DNA of 64,000 nucleotides, from the NCBI GenBank assembly GCA_951406725.2, contig OX597834.1, positions 33,418,001 through 33,482,000 on the forward strand, read 5' to 3'. Positions within the stretch are counted from its first letter, which is position 1, and each line of letters starts with the position of its first letter. Under the pieces are notes generated by a model. It searched no databases. It had not been told where the DNA came from and saw only the letters and a program-made list of their open reading frames with translations. Below are positions 27,166 to 39,346 of this stretch, piece by piece. The DNA is from Octopus vulgaris (lineage: Eukaryota). Made by a program: the position numbers and the translations under genes.

Positions 27166-27386
27166 CCCTTTAGCATTTAAACCGGCCATATCCGGCCAAA
27201 AGTATTCTGCCTGTTTTATGTTCAAACTGGCCAGATCTGGTCTCTCACACCAACCCTACAATATTGTTTTAAAAATTAACAGATACCTCATCAAAATCTT
27301 ATAACTACAAGATAATGCATGATTAATTCAAAACAATGTAAATGAAGAAGCATTAATTTTGGCAGAATAATGCGAACACTAAAGGG
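27166..27386. mobile_element. piggyBac-type MITE family 1
   Basis: TTAA|CCCTTTAG...CTAAAGGG|TTAA. Other copies at about 2920-3280 (SINE-interrupted), 4950-5150, 28718-28998, 30290-30450, 40757-40978 and 62113-62318. Confidence 0.82.
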
Positions 27387-27944
27387 TTAAGGTGGTAAGC
27401 TGGCAGAATCATTAGCATGCTGGGTGAAATGCTTAGCGATATTTTGTCTGTCTGCATGTTCTGAGTTCAAATTCCGTTGAGGTCGACTTTACATTTCATC
27501 CTTTCGGAGTTGATAAATTAAGTACCAGTGAAATACGGGGGGGGGGGGGGGGCTGATGTAATCAGCTCATGTCCTCACTCCAAATGGTTGCCCTTGTGGC
27601 AAAATTTGAAACCATTATTATCATTATTATTGTTGAAGGTGGTGAGCTGGCAGAATGGTTAGCATGCCAAGCAAAATACTTAGCAGCATTTCATCTTTCT
27701 TTACATTCTGAGTTCAAATTCCACCAAGGTCAACTTTGCACTGGGGTCGCTGAAATTGGCTTTCTCCTTGCCAGTGAGTGGGACATATTAGAATGTGAGT
27801 GAGAGAGTAATTAGGTAATGAAAAACAAAAAAAAAAAAATTGAGAGAATTCACCTTATTGACACCTGCAGTTGTAGGTATATCCACTCCTCAATCTATTA
27901 TCTGATTATTCTTCTACCATCAGCCTAGTTCTATCTATATACCT

Positions 27945-27988
<44 letters not shown>

Positions 27989-28246
27989 GTATGTATATGT
28001 GTGTGTGCATATATGCATATATATATATATATCATCATCATCATCATCATCGTTTAGCGTCCGTTTTCCATGCTAGCATGGGTTGGACTGTTCTACTGGG
28101 GTCTGTGAAGCCAGAAGGCTTCATCAGGCCCAGTCAAATCTGGCAGTGTTTCTACGGCTGGATGCCCTTCCTAACGCCAACCACTCCGTGAGTGTAGTGG
28201 GTGATATATATATATTTTACTTTTATATATATATATATATATATAT

Positions 28247-28477
28247 ACTCTTATTCTTTTACTGGTTTCACTCATTTGACTGTGGCCGTGCTGTAGTACC
28301 ACCTTTAGTCAAATGAATCAACCCCAAGATTTATTCTTCATAAGCCTAATACTTATGCTATCAATCTTTTTTACTGAACCGCTAAGTTACAGACATAGAC
28401 ATGCCAACATCGGTTGTCAGGCGATGGTGGGGGGACAAACACAGACACACACAAACATATACATACACCCACATTTA

Positions 28478-28518
<41 letters not shown>

Positions 28519-28670
28519 CGGGCTTCTTTCAGTTTCTGTCTACGAAATCTACTCACAAGGCTTTGGTTAGCCCAAGGCTATAGTAGAAGACACTTACCTG
28601 AGGTGCTGTGCAATGGGACTGAACCCGGAACTATGTGGTTGGGAAACAAGCTTCTTACCACACAGCCACA
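28247..28670 (-). mobile_element. SINE family A
   Basis: Reverse complement of family A including the internal (TA)n. Confidence 0.8.
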
Positions 28671-29520
28671 TATATATATTCATACACACATAAACACACA
28701 CACACAAAATGCATTTATCCCTTTAGTATTCAGATTACCCTATCAAATATAATGCTTATTTAATCATGTTTTGAAAATTATTGCTCATTCTCTCATAACT
28801 TTGATATTTTGATGATTGATTGATTGATTCTAGTTTCAGCTTATGAGCTGTGGCCATGCTGGGGCACCGCCATTTGTGTGATTGATTATTTTTAAAATGA
28901 CATCATAGGGTAGGCATGAGAAGTCAGATCTGGTCAGATTGAACATGAAACAGGTAGAATATTCTGGCCAGATATGGCCTGTTTAAATGCTAAAGGGTTT
29001 TAAGTCCATGGTAGTGTGTCTCCCTTACTCTTCCCCGCTCCTTATGTTTGTATAGTTTTCTTCTTCTTCTTTCCTATATCCATTCACCTTCTTGTACCTT
29101 GCAGGTATCCTCTGTCACTGCATCACCACCATCGTGTTCCTTTCTCCAGCTAGGATAGCCATGTAGTGCCTCCACAGCAAGAAACTAATTCCAGTTCCAC
29201 TATCATAGTCTCATCTCTAACATCAAGCCCACCTCTTTTAACCCCCCCCCCCCCACTCAATTGTGGGAGGTCTTATTTTATCTAGCAAGTACCCGTGCCT
29301 TGAAAGAAGAAAGAAAAAAATCTCCTTGCATACTCTGTAAAATGGTTTGCATTGGGAAGGCTCCCCCCTCCCAGCCATAGAAACCATGTCGAAGCAGATA
29401 TTGGAGCTCAGCATAGTTTTTTGGCTTTTTGGTTTCTATTGAACTGTCCAACCCATGCTGGCATGGAAAGTGGACATGAAATGACGATGGTGAATCCATT
29501 TCCAAATAAACCCAGTCATT

Positions 29521-29574
<54 letters not shown>

Positions 29575-30696
29575 AAAGCATGTTTGACAATATTAATGTA
29601 TTTATGAAATAGATATGTGTGTGTGTCTGTGTGCATGTATGTGTGTATATATATATATGCATGTGTGTGTGTATGCGTCAGTGTGTGTATATATGTATTT
29701 ATATATATACATATATACAAATACATATATATGTTTTATATATATTATGCGCAGTTAATATGTAACAAAATATGCTGTCAAGACATCCCAGCACTATTTT
29801 GGTCTGTCCACAGAATGTCGTTACAAACTGCCCAACTCCTTCCCTTCTGCCCTTCTCCCCTTCCGCACTTCTTTCTTTCTTCACCCCTCCCTCTTAAACA
29901 TACCCCTCCGCCCCAATATTATGGGTTTTTAAGACTACCTTGTAATATATGAGCATTACAGTGACAGCTAATGATGATGGTGGTAGCTGTGGTGGTGGTG
30001 GTGGTAGTAGATGTTTTGTCAGAATTTAATGTCAAATGATTTAATGTTTGCAAGTTGGAGACCTAACATGTCTTGGTCTTGATTGGACCAGTCAATCATC
30101 ATTATTAGGGGTAGCAGGGTGTTAGGCCTACCTTAATTTTGGTTATAAGTTGTTGGGTGGAATCAGTTTCTGGACCATACTTAACACTTTGTTCATAGGA
30201 TTTAGGGTGGATGGAACCAATTGCTGGATCATACATAATCCTTGCTATTAGGGGTGTCAGGGTGTTAGTTGTAGCTAATTCTGATTTTTAACCCTTTGGC
30301 TTTTAAACTGGCAATATCCAGCCTAAACATTCTACAAGTTCTATGTTCAAACTGGCCAGATTCAGCCTCTCACACCTATCCTACAATGTTATTCTAAAAA
30401 TAAACAATCACATCACTAAAATCTTGAAGCTAAAAGGTAATGTATAATAATTCAGTGGTTGTTTGGTAAGAAGCTTGCTTCCCAAGCACATAGTTCTGGG
30501 TTCAGTCCCACTGCATGGCACCTTGGGCAAGTGTCTTCTATCAAAACTGTGTGAGTGGATTTGGTAGATAGAAACTGAAAGAAGCCTATCATATATATAT
30601 TATTAATATAATTTATAAATTGCTTATAATTTTTATTCCGTGCTGACTACCTGATAATAATCACTAACGTGATTTCTATCCTTATTTTATGAATAT

Positions 30697-31163
30697 ACGG
30701 GCTGTGTGGTGGTAAGTAGCTTGCTTACCAACCACATGCTTCCGGGTTCAGTCTCACTGTGTGGCACCTTGGGCAAGTGTCTTCTACTATAGCTTTTGGG
30801 CCAACCAAAGTCTTGTGATTGGATTTGGTAGATGAAAACTGAAAGAAGCCTGTCATATTTTTGTATTTTTATATATATATTTGTATTTCGATGCCAGAAC
30901 CCTCTGGCACCTGTGCAGGTGGCACGTAAAAAACACCCACTACACTCGCGGCGTGGTTGGCGTTAGGAAGGGCATCCAGCTGTAGAAACACTGCCAGACT
31001 AGACTGGAGCCTGGGGCAGTCCCAAGCTCCCCAGACCCCGGTCGAAACCGTCCAACCCGTGCTAGCGCGGAAAACGGACGTTAAACGATGATGATGATGA
31101 TATATATATATATAAATCAAATTTCCCTGTAAGTTTGGAGTTATACTCCCTTATATTATTATT

Positions 31164-31203
<40 letters not shown>

Positions 31204-31378
31204 TGTATGTCTGTGTTTGTCCCCCCACCAATGTTGGTGTTTATGTCCCCATAACTTAGCGTTTCATCAAAAAGAGACTGATAGAATAAGTGCTAGGCTT
31301 ACAAAGAATAAGTCCAGGGGTCGATTTGTGTGACTAAAACCCTTTCAAAGTGGTGCTCGAGCATGGCTGGAATCAAAT
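30697..31378 (+). mobile_element. SINE family A with a family C element nested in its microsatellite (30889-31100)
   Basis: Family A 5' half, then a family C segment ending AAACGATGATGATGA, then the family A 3' half. Confidence 0.75.
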
Positions 31379-31404
31379 ATTTCTACCTTAGAACTATCAA
31401 AGTA

Positions 31405-32224
31405 CAAAATGCATTCAAGTAGTTTTGAATATCATTTTAGGAGAGGCAGCTACAGCTGTCCTGGATTATTGTAATTTTAGTATATCATTACTAATCCATC
31501 TAAATAAGCTGATCTGCCAACTTTAGTTATTCCAAACTAAAGGAGACACCTGTGACAACATTTTGAACAGCCCCTAGTAAACATTACTTGTCACATCTGA
31601 CTAGTTTGTTGACAATTTGGCAACTTGCTATGCAGTAAAGTTTTGTGTTAAACTGAGCTAAAGGAACTTATGGAAAGCTCCAGACTGGTTATGGTCTACC
31701 TTGTATGGGTCAAGCGTCTGTTTCTTACTGGCACAAGAGACCAGGCAAAGCCATTTTCAACAGCAAGGGCATCATCTACACCCTTTGGGTTCCCTCAGGC
31801 CAGGCAGTCAACAAAGAGAACTCTGTCGAGGTTTTGAGGGAGTTCAGGAAGAGATTTCATCGCAAAGGGCCAGAGCTTTTCCATCCCACCAGGACAATGC
31901 TCCAATCCACAGTTCCATCCTGGTAACCAGCTGGTGACAAAGATGGACACCAAAGCTGTCCCTCACCGTCCTTGCAGTCCAGACACTGCTTTCTGGGATT
32001 TTGGGTTATTCTTCCAAGCTGAAGGAGACAATGAAAAAGGGTCCTGGACACCATCACTCTGGAGGACTTCCATGCGGCCTTCACAAAATGGCTGGAGCAT
32101 TACAACAAGTGCATTTGAAGTCAGAGGATCATCGTACTTTGAAGGAGATTAGAGTTTTGTGTTTGTTCAAAATGAATAAATGTCTCTTCTGAAAAAAATT
32201 TCCAAACTTCTGGAATGCACCTTG
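31405..32224 (+). mobile_element. Internally deleted mariner transposon with a pseudogenised transposase
   Basis: TA|CAAAATGCATTCAAGTAGTTTTGAA ... TTCCAAACTTCTGGAATGCACCTTG|TA. Frameshifted remnants: YAVKFCVKL (HTH), FNSKGII..WVPSGQAVNKE..VEVLREFRKRF, HQDNAP, VPHRPCSPDTAFWDF (cf. mariner HPPYSPDLAPSDF). Confidence 0.88.
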
Positions 32225-32664
32225 TAACTCTAAATTGTGCCAATCTATCACTGACCATGGGAGGCAGTAATATTTTTACCTTAGAACTAATGAATTAGCT
32301 GTAATTGGCTAATTTATAACCAACATTTCATTTTGTTATTCAACTGCTGTCATCATGTGTGTGTGTGTGTGTGGGGGTCCCCAATTGTTTGTGTGTGTTA
32401 CTGTTAGTTGGTTGTCCATGTGTGTGTGTGTGTATGTGTGTATCCATTTCCCAAATACAATCATGCTGTATTTTACTACAATGTATTTATAAGTATCTTC
32501 TCTGGGCTTGAACTCTTGAGTCATCAACAATAGTCGTCTTGCTGTTTTATGTATATATGTTTCTCTCTCTCTCTCTATATATATATTTTTAAATGTGACC
32601 TTGTGTGTACCGTTGACGATTTTTTTCCTCTGTCTTCCCTTCTCTGGATCTTTCCTTCTCCTAT

Positions 32665-32699
32665 GTTTCCAACGAAGAGCTCCGCTCGAAACGTTAAAC
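32665..32699 (+). ncRNA. Decayed minimal hammerhead motif
   Basis: GUUU-CCAACGA-A-GAGC-UCC-GCUC-GAAACGU-U-AAAC. Helices I and II are perfect, but the core is mutated from CUGANGA. Confidence 0.55.
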
Positions 32700-33219
32700 C
32701 CTCCTTCTTTCCTGAGTGTCCAATAATACTATATTTGTTCCACGTTGTTGTGTTTTTTTGTGTTTTCTTGTTTGGATTAACTATATATATATATATATAT
32801 ATATATAATCATCATTGTTTTGATGTCCACTTTTCTGTCCTTGTCTGGTTTGGACAGAGTTTATTTAAAACAGATTTTCTATGACTAGATGTCCTTCCTG
32901 TCACCCACACCTACTTGTTTCCAAGCTAGATAATAGATCCCTATCACCAGACATGCTCTTTCACAGAATATTGGAAATGAAGGACACTTACTTGTTTGAC
33001 AATGACACTCATTCACAACTACCATATCATGATGACACACACACACAATAGGCTTCTTTCTGTTTCCATCTACCAAATCCATTCACAAGGCTTTTGTTGG
33101 CACGAGACTATAGGAGAGGACACTTGTCCAGGGTGACGCCGTGTGTTTGGGAAGCGAACTTCTTCACCACACACTCGTGCTTGTGCCTATCAGGCATACG
33201 CACGCACACACACACACAC

Positions 33220-33510
33220 ACACACATCACATCGCACCATATGCACATCACATCATACTGCACCACACCCACATCACATCATACCACACCATGCACATCA
33301 CATCACACCACAACATGTACATCACACTGCACCATGCACATATTGCACCACACATCACACTGCACCATGCACATCACATCGCGCTGTACCACACACATCA
33401 CTCTGCACTACACACATCACACTGCATCACACCGCATCACATACATCACCTCATATCACACACATCACACATGCCACATCGCACCACACACGTCACATCG
33501 CACCACACAG
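33220..33510. repeat. Degenerate CACATCACATCGCACCA-type satellite
   Basis: Recurrent CACATCAC and GCACCAC units. Confidence 0.8.
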
Positions 33511-34412
33511 TATATATATATATATATAAAGTGAAGAAACAAAAGAAGGGCACTCAACACATTTGAGTTGCGTGTATAGATCAAAGGAGTTTGGTTCACA
33601 TTCTGTGGCACTTAGTTTCAAAGTGTGATGCTTATCCTCAGCCATTAAAAATTTAATGGCTGAGGATAAGCATCACACTTATATACTCACATATGTCTAG
33701 ATCTGGGATTATTTATTGTTTCAAAGAAACTGTAAAGAATTCTTAACAAAATATGAAAAAAATAAATCACAGAAAAGATAAATCTAGTACACATCCGTGT
33801 TTTCAATATAACACAGACAAACAAACAAATGTATTTATTTCTCATATTATGCTGTATCATCTTTAAAAAGAAGAGGGTAAAAGAGAGTGGGAGAGGCACA
33901 CTGTATTAACGTTGTCTTAAATGCACTGTTTGAAAATAAAGATGGGATGATTAAGACTGAAATCTCTAATCGTAGGCACAGCTGTGGTTCCCAATGCCAT
34001 GGTTCTGGATTCAGTCCCACTGCTTGGCACTTTGGGCAAGTGTTTTCTCTTATAGCCACAGATTGACCAGAGCCTTGAGTGGATTTGGTAGATGGAAACT
34101 GAAAGAAGCCCATTGTGTGTTTGTGTGTGTGTGTGGAGGGGTGGTGTGTCATTTGTGTTTCTCTCCCATCACTGCTTGATAACTGGTGTTGGTTTATTTT
34201 GGAAAAAGAGACTGAGAGATACCAGACTACTCTGCCAGTCCCTCATAGGATTACTCACTTTTGCTAGCTGAGTAAGACTGACTGGAGCCATATGAGATGA
34301 AGTGTTTTACTCAAGAACACAACACATTGCCCAACGTCCCAACCACTTAGCCATGTGCCTCCATTTTGTCTACTGCGCTGACGATGTACTAACTGTCCAC
34401 TTACTGCCTTAA

Positions 34413-34720
34413 CCCCTTACCCGGCAGAAACGAATATATGCGTTTTGACCGAAATCGTTTTTTTCCATCTCTGGCGAGTTAACTCGTCAAAAGATAGACT
34501 CGTTAAAATCGACAGCAAACGAGTTCCTTCGTCTAAAAACGGGTTAACTCGTTTCTGCCCAATGCCGTGATTTAAAATCAATATTATTGAATTAAAATTC
34601 ATAATAAATAAGGTTTGAAATATACCTCGAAATCACCATTCAAAACATAGTAAAATAAAACAATTAAAAAATATGTCTGAAAAAATACATTTATTTTCAA
34701 AATAATTGTTGGGTAAGGGG
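34413..34720. mobile_element. piggyBac-type MITE family 2
   Basis: TTAA|CCCCTTACCC...GGGTAAGGGG|TTAA, with internal repeated AACGAGTT / GAGTTAACTCG motifs. Confidence 0.85.
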
Positions 34721-34734
34721 TTAATAAGAATTTC

Positions 34735-35432
34735 TTTCTACTGTAAGCACAAGGCCTAAAATTTTGAGGGAGGAGTCTAGTTGATTACAATTACCCCAGT
34801 ATTCGACTGGTACTAATTTTATGAATTCTGAAAGGATGCAAAGCTAAGTTGGCCTTGTTGGAATTTGAACTCAGAAAGTAAAGACAGCCGAATTGCTGCA
34901 AAACATTTTGCTCAGCCTGCTAACAATTTCACCTGCTTGTCGCTACAACAGCAACAATCATGATAATAATAATAATAATCCTTTCTATTAAAGGCACAAG
35001 ACTGGAAATTTGGGTGTGGAGGGGACTAGCGAATTACAGTCAACCCCAGTGTTTCACTGGTATTTAATTTATTGATCTCAAAAGGATGAAAGGCAAAGTA
35101 GGCCTCAGTGAAATTTGAACTCAAAACATTGTGACATGGTAAAATACTGCCAAGCATTCCTGTCCAGTTCACTAACAATTCTACCAGTTCATTATCTTAA
35201 TAACAACAACAACAACAATCTTTTCTATTAAAGGCACAAAGCCTGAAATTTTGGGCAAGGGGATTAATTGATTACATTGACTCCAGTGTTTCACTGGTAC
35301 TTAATTTATTGACCTCGAAAAGATGAAAAGCAAAGTTGACCTCGGCAGAATTTGAACTTGGAACATAAGGACAGATGAACTGCCACTAAGTATTTCACCT
35401 GGCATGCTAACAATTCTGCCTGTTCACCACCT
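34735..35432 (-). mobile_element. Three head-to-tail diverged SINE family B copies
   Basis: Units at about 34735-34945, 34980-35200 and 35219-35432, separated by (AAT/AAC)n. Confidence 0.75.
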
Positions 35433-36694
35433 TAATAACAATAATAATAATAATAATAATGGGGAATAAATACTAAATAATAATTTCTAGCATATACAAA
35501 GTCTGCAATTTAGTGTAGGGTTAGTTGATACCATTGACTGATCCCAAAATCACATGGTTGTAAAATGAGTTTGTCAACCACACAGCCATGCCTGTACACA
35601 CACACACACACACATGCACGCACACACATAATGTCATTAAGTGTATTTATACATAAATGCAATAAATGTCAATTGGGCAGTTTATTTACTATAAATAATG
35701 TAAAAAAATGATTGGTTGAGACAGTTGACACCTCTCACTTGCAATGCCTTGTGTCACATGTTAACAAAACTTTTTTGTCTTTTTCTTTTCACTCTGTGAA
35801 CTTTACATGGAAGGAGTGCAGGGAGTGGGGGTGAAATACTGATTTAATAATCAGGAATGTTATGTTGAGGGATGCAATAATAATAATATTAATAATAATA
35901 ATAATAATATTCCTTTCTACTATAGGACAAGGTCTGAAGTGTTGGGGGAGGGGGGTTAGCTGATTTCATTGACCCCAGTGCATAACTGGTACTTATTTTA
36001 TCAAACCCAAAAGGATGAAAGGTAAAGTCAACCTTGGCAGCATTTGAATTCATTCTAATGATTCTGCCAGATCACCACCTTAATCATCATCATCATCATC
36101 ATCATTGTTTAGCGTCCGCTTTCCATGCTGGCATGGGTTGGATGATTTGACTGAGGACTGGCGAGCCAGATGGCTGCACCAGCAAGGTCATGCGCTTTTA
36201 ATCCTGATATGAGCTAACCATGTCACGCACATATGGTTGTGATTCATGTGCCTGGTGTACCCTTAACAGACAGATAGTGATGAGTATATTGGGCTTCATA
36301 TATTTGTGCCCCAGTGCCACTTTGATGGCATACACTACTCTCTCACTCAATAATAATAATAATAATAATTATTATTATTATGGTAATGTTTTCAAGTTTT
36401 GGCGCAAAGCCAGCAATTTAGAGTTGATTACAGCAACCCCAGTACTTGGCCGATAGTTTATTTTATCGATCCTAGAGGGATGAGAGGCAGAGTTGATCTT
36501 AGCAGGATTTGAACTCAGAACATGAAGAGCCATAGAATAGTTTCTAATTTGGGTAGCAATTCAGCCAAGTCAACCCCAGCACCAACTTTGGACTTGGAAC
36601 ATAGAATGAGGCAACCAAATTCTGGAAGACATTTGTTCTGATGTTCAAGCACTGCTACATAACAAGAATGATTTGGGGACTAATCAAAACTTTT

Positions 36695-37051
36695 TTCTTT
36701 TTCATGTTTCAAGCATTAGACTGTGGCCATGCTGGGGCACCACCGTGAAGAATTTTTAGTTGAATGAATCGATCCTAGTTCTTTTTTTGTTTTGAGCCTG
36801 ATATTTATTCTATCGGTCTCTCTTGCTGAACCGTTAAGTTACGGGAATGTAAACACACCAACACTTGTCAAGTGGTGGTGGTGGACAAACACAGATACAA
36901 AGACACACACACACACACATGGGCTTCTTTCAGTTTCTGTCTATCAAATCCATTCACAAGGCTTTGGTCAGCCTGAGACTATAGTAGAAGACAGTTGCCC
37001 AAGGTACCATGCAATGGGATTGAACCCAGGACCATGTGGTTGGGAAGCAAA
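36695..37051 (-). mobile_element. SINE family A
   Basis: Diverged reverse-complement copy. Confidence 0.78.
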
Positions 37052-37820
37052 ATGATGACATACTTATTTATGTATGTGACTGTTAAAATGCTAGTTGCTA
37101 TTCATTACTGGGGAACAACTTCCTCCTTTCAGCTGGATGTGATTTATTAGGGTATGGATATTTTGAGGACACCTGCTGTTTTGACATTGTTCTGTCTCCT
37201 CAGTCAAAGCTACACCAGCCTAATGAATTTTAACAAGAGTTTTTGGCTGCTGTTTATAAATTCAGCAAACAAATTTACTATAGATAGATACTCCACCTCT
37301 TAGGAAGAAATAAACAGATGAGTGTAGCTTGAATACCTCTAATCATGGGCCAGTTCAAACAGGGCTGAGTCAAGGCTAAAGAATAATGCTGACAATTTTT
37401 TTGTTGGGCAAAATGGGGTGGGGTTGGCATGCATATATATATATTTATATCCACATAAATCGACATACATTTGGGTACATACATACACACACACACACAC
37501 ATACATTTGGTGGTGGTGGTGGTAGGGCACACAAAGATATTTGTGCAAAGACATGCACACACACACATGCACAGAGTTGTTGTTTGTGGTGGTGGGAAGA
37601 CATGCAAATTTCGACACACACACATACACACTACTTCCTTATTTGATTCCTTTCTTTTTGTAGCAAATTTGCATCATCACAACCAATTACCAACCATCTT
37701 CATCATCATCATCGTCATCATCATCACTACTACTATTTAACAAAATGATTTTAAAATAAACTGAGATTTTTTTTTGTTATTATTATTTTATTAATTTTTC
37801 ATCCTCTTTCATTTTTGTAG

Positions 37821-37905
37821 CATTTCCGTCATGTGACCCAAACCCTTGCCAGAATGGTGCGAAATGTCACTCTCCGCACAACCATAATGGAGAAAGTTAT
37901 TGCCA
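37821..37905 (+). CDS. Notch: Notch receptor, first exon found in window (probably coding exon 2): start of EGF repeat 1
   Basis: Acceptor tttttgtag|CA and donor CA|gtaagt. 85 nt, phase 1 to phase 2. Reads (A)FPSCDPNPCQNGAKCHSPHNHNGESYC(Q) and joins in frame to 51891. Confidence 0.88.
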
Positions 37906-38097
37906 GTAAGTACACTATTTCCTCACCTCCTCCTCCTCATCTCCCCATCTCCCATCCCCCCCCGTTTTCTTTTGTTGTTGTTGTTGTTAATTCTATTGTT
38001 TGGCACTATTAGGAAATTGGAGGGCAGGATGGCGGCGGCAGTGGTGGTGGTTCCGGAGTTGAACTGAGCTGAGCCTTTCTGGATAAGCATTGGCACT

Positions 38098-38131
<34 letters not shown>

Positions 38132-39300
38132 CGGATCCGTTGATGTTGTCATCACCGCTATCATCATTACTGACATCATCGCTGTTATCAACATCACCCG
38201 TCATCACCAATATCACCACCACTATCATTATTGTCATCATCACTGTTATTGTGGTGTTGTTGTTGTAGTAGTAGTAGTAGTTGTTGTTGTAGTAGTTTTA
38301 ACATACTTTTTTTTTCTCATGCTTGTGAGAGTTTACTTCACATTTTCTCCCTCCAGTCTCTTGTAGAAGGGGAAGAGAAAGTGTGATGGTTGATTGGATA
38401 ATTAGTCAGTTTGCACCACCACCACCACCAGTTGACAGGAGGATATGAGTTCAAAATTTGTTGCAGAACAGACATGATGGCATTTTTTTGTTGTTTTGCT
38501 TTCTTTTTTTTTTCTCTAGATTTCTGGGAACTGGCATATATTTACCATTTCCATAATCAGTAAAAAAAAAAAAAAAAAAAAAAAAAAGTTACTACAAGAA
38601 ATTATCTGGGAATGTTATTTGTGATAGACTGGTGTCATATCCAGGAGAATAATGATCTCTCATCACTATGTCTCTGTGATGGTACTCTATATTCTAGACT
38701 CCACTGGCTGTTATTAAGTGCTACTGAATCACCAGGGAATGTTATTGTTATGGTGGACTGTGGTCTTATCTAGGGAGAGAATGATCTTTCATCATAGTAT
38801 CTCTCTGCTGCTATACACTATATTCTATATTATATCTGTTCAACCTGGCTGTCAGTGGTTACTACCAGATCATCTGAGGGAATGTTGCCTGTGATAGACT
38901 GGTGTTTATCCCGGAGAGACGGTTTACCTCACATCACAATGTCTCTACAATGGTATACTATTTTCTACATCACCTCAGTGGTGGTGCTGGTGCTGGTGGC
39001 AGAAATATAAGGGTAGTGGGAGTGGAGGTGGTTGCTGGAAAGAAAATGGTCACCCGAAATAAGAAGAATTTGAAGGAATTGGTTGCCAAGAAAACTTCTC
39101 AATTGCCTGATAGTTATGTTTCATGGCTCTGCCCCCTAATGTAGCTAGGGAGGGGTTGGCAGGGACGGTCTGCCCCAGGAGGCACTTTTGGGTCTGCTGT
39201 TGGCAATATGTGCTTTCTGCAGGGTCCAAATGGAAGGGCCACCCCAGGTGGCACACACTGAAGCTACATTAGTGGCCCTGTCCCACATTGGGGGAATATA

Positions 39301-39346
<46 letters not shown>

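Noticed and set aside
33094-33566. His/Thr-rich ORFs in three frames
   Set aside because: Open in all frames because of a CAC/CAT satellite lacking stops.
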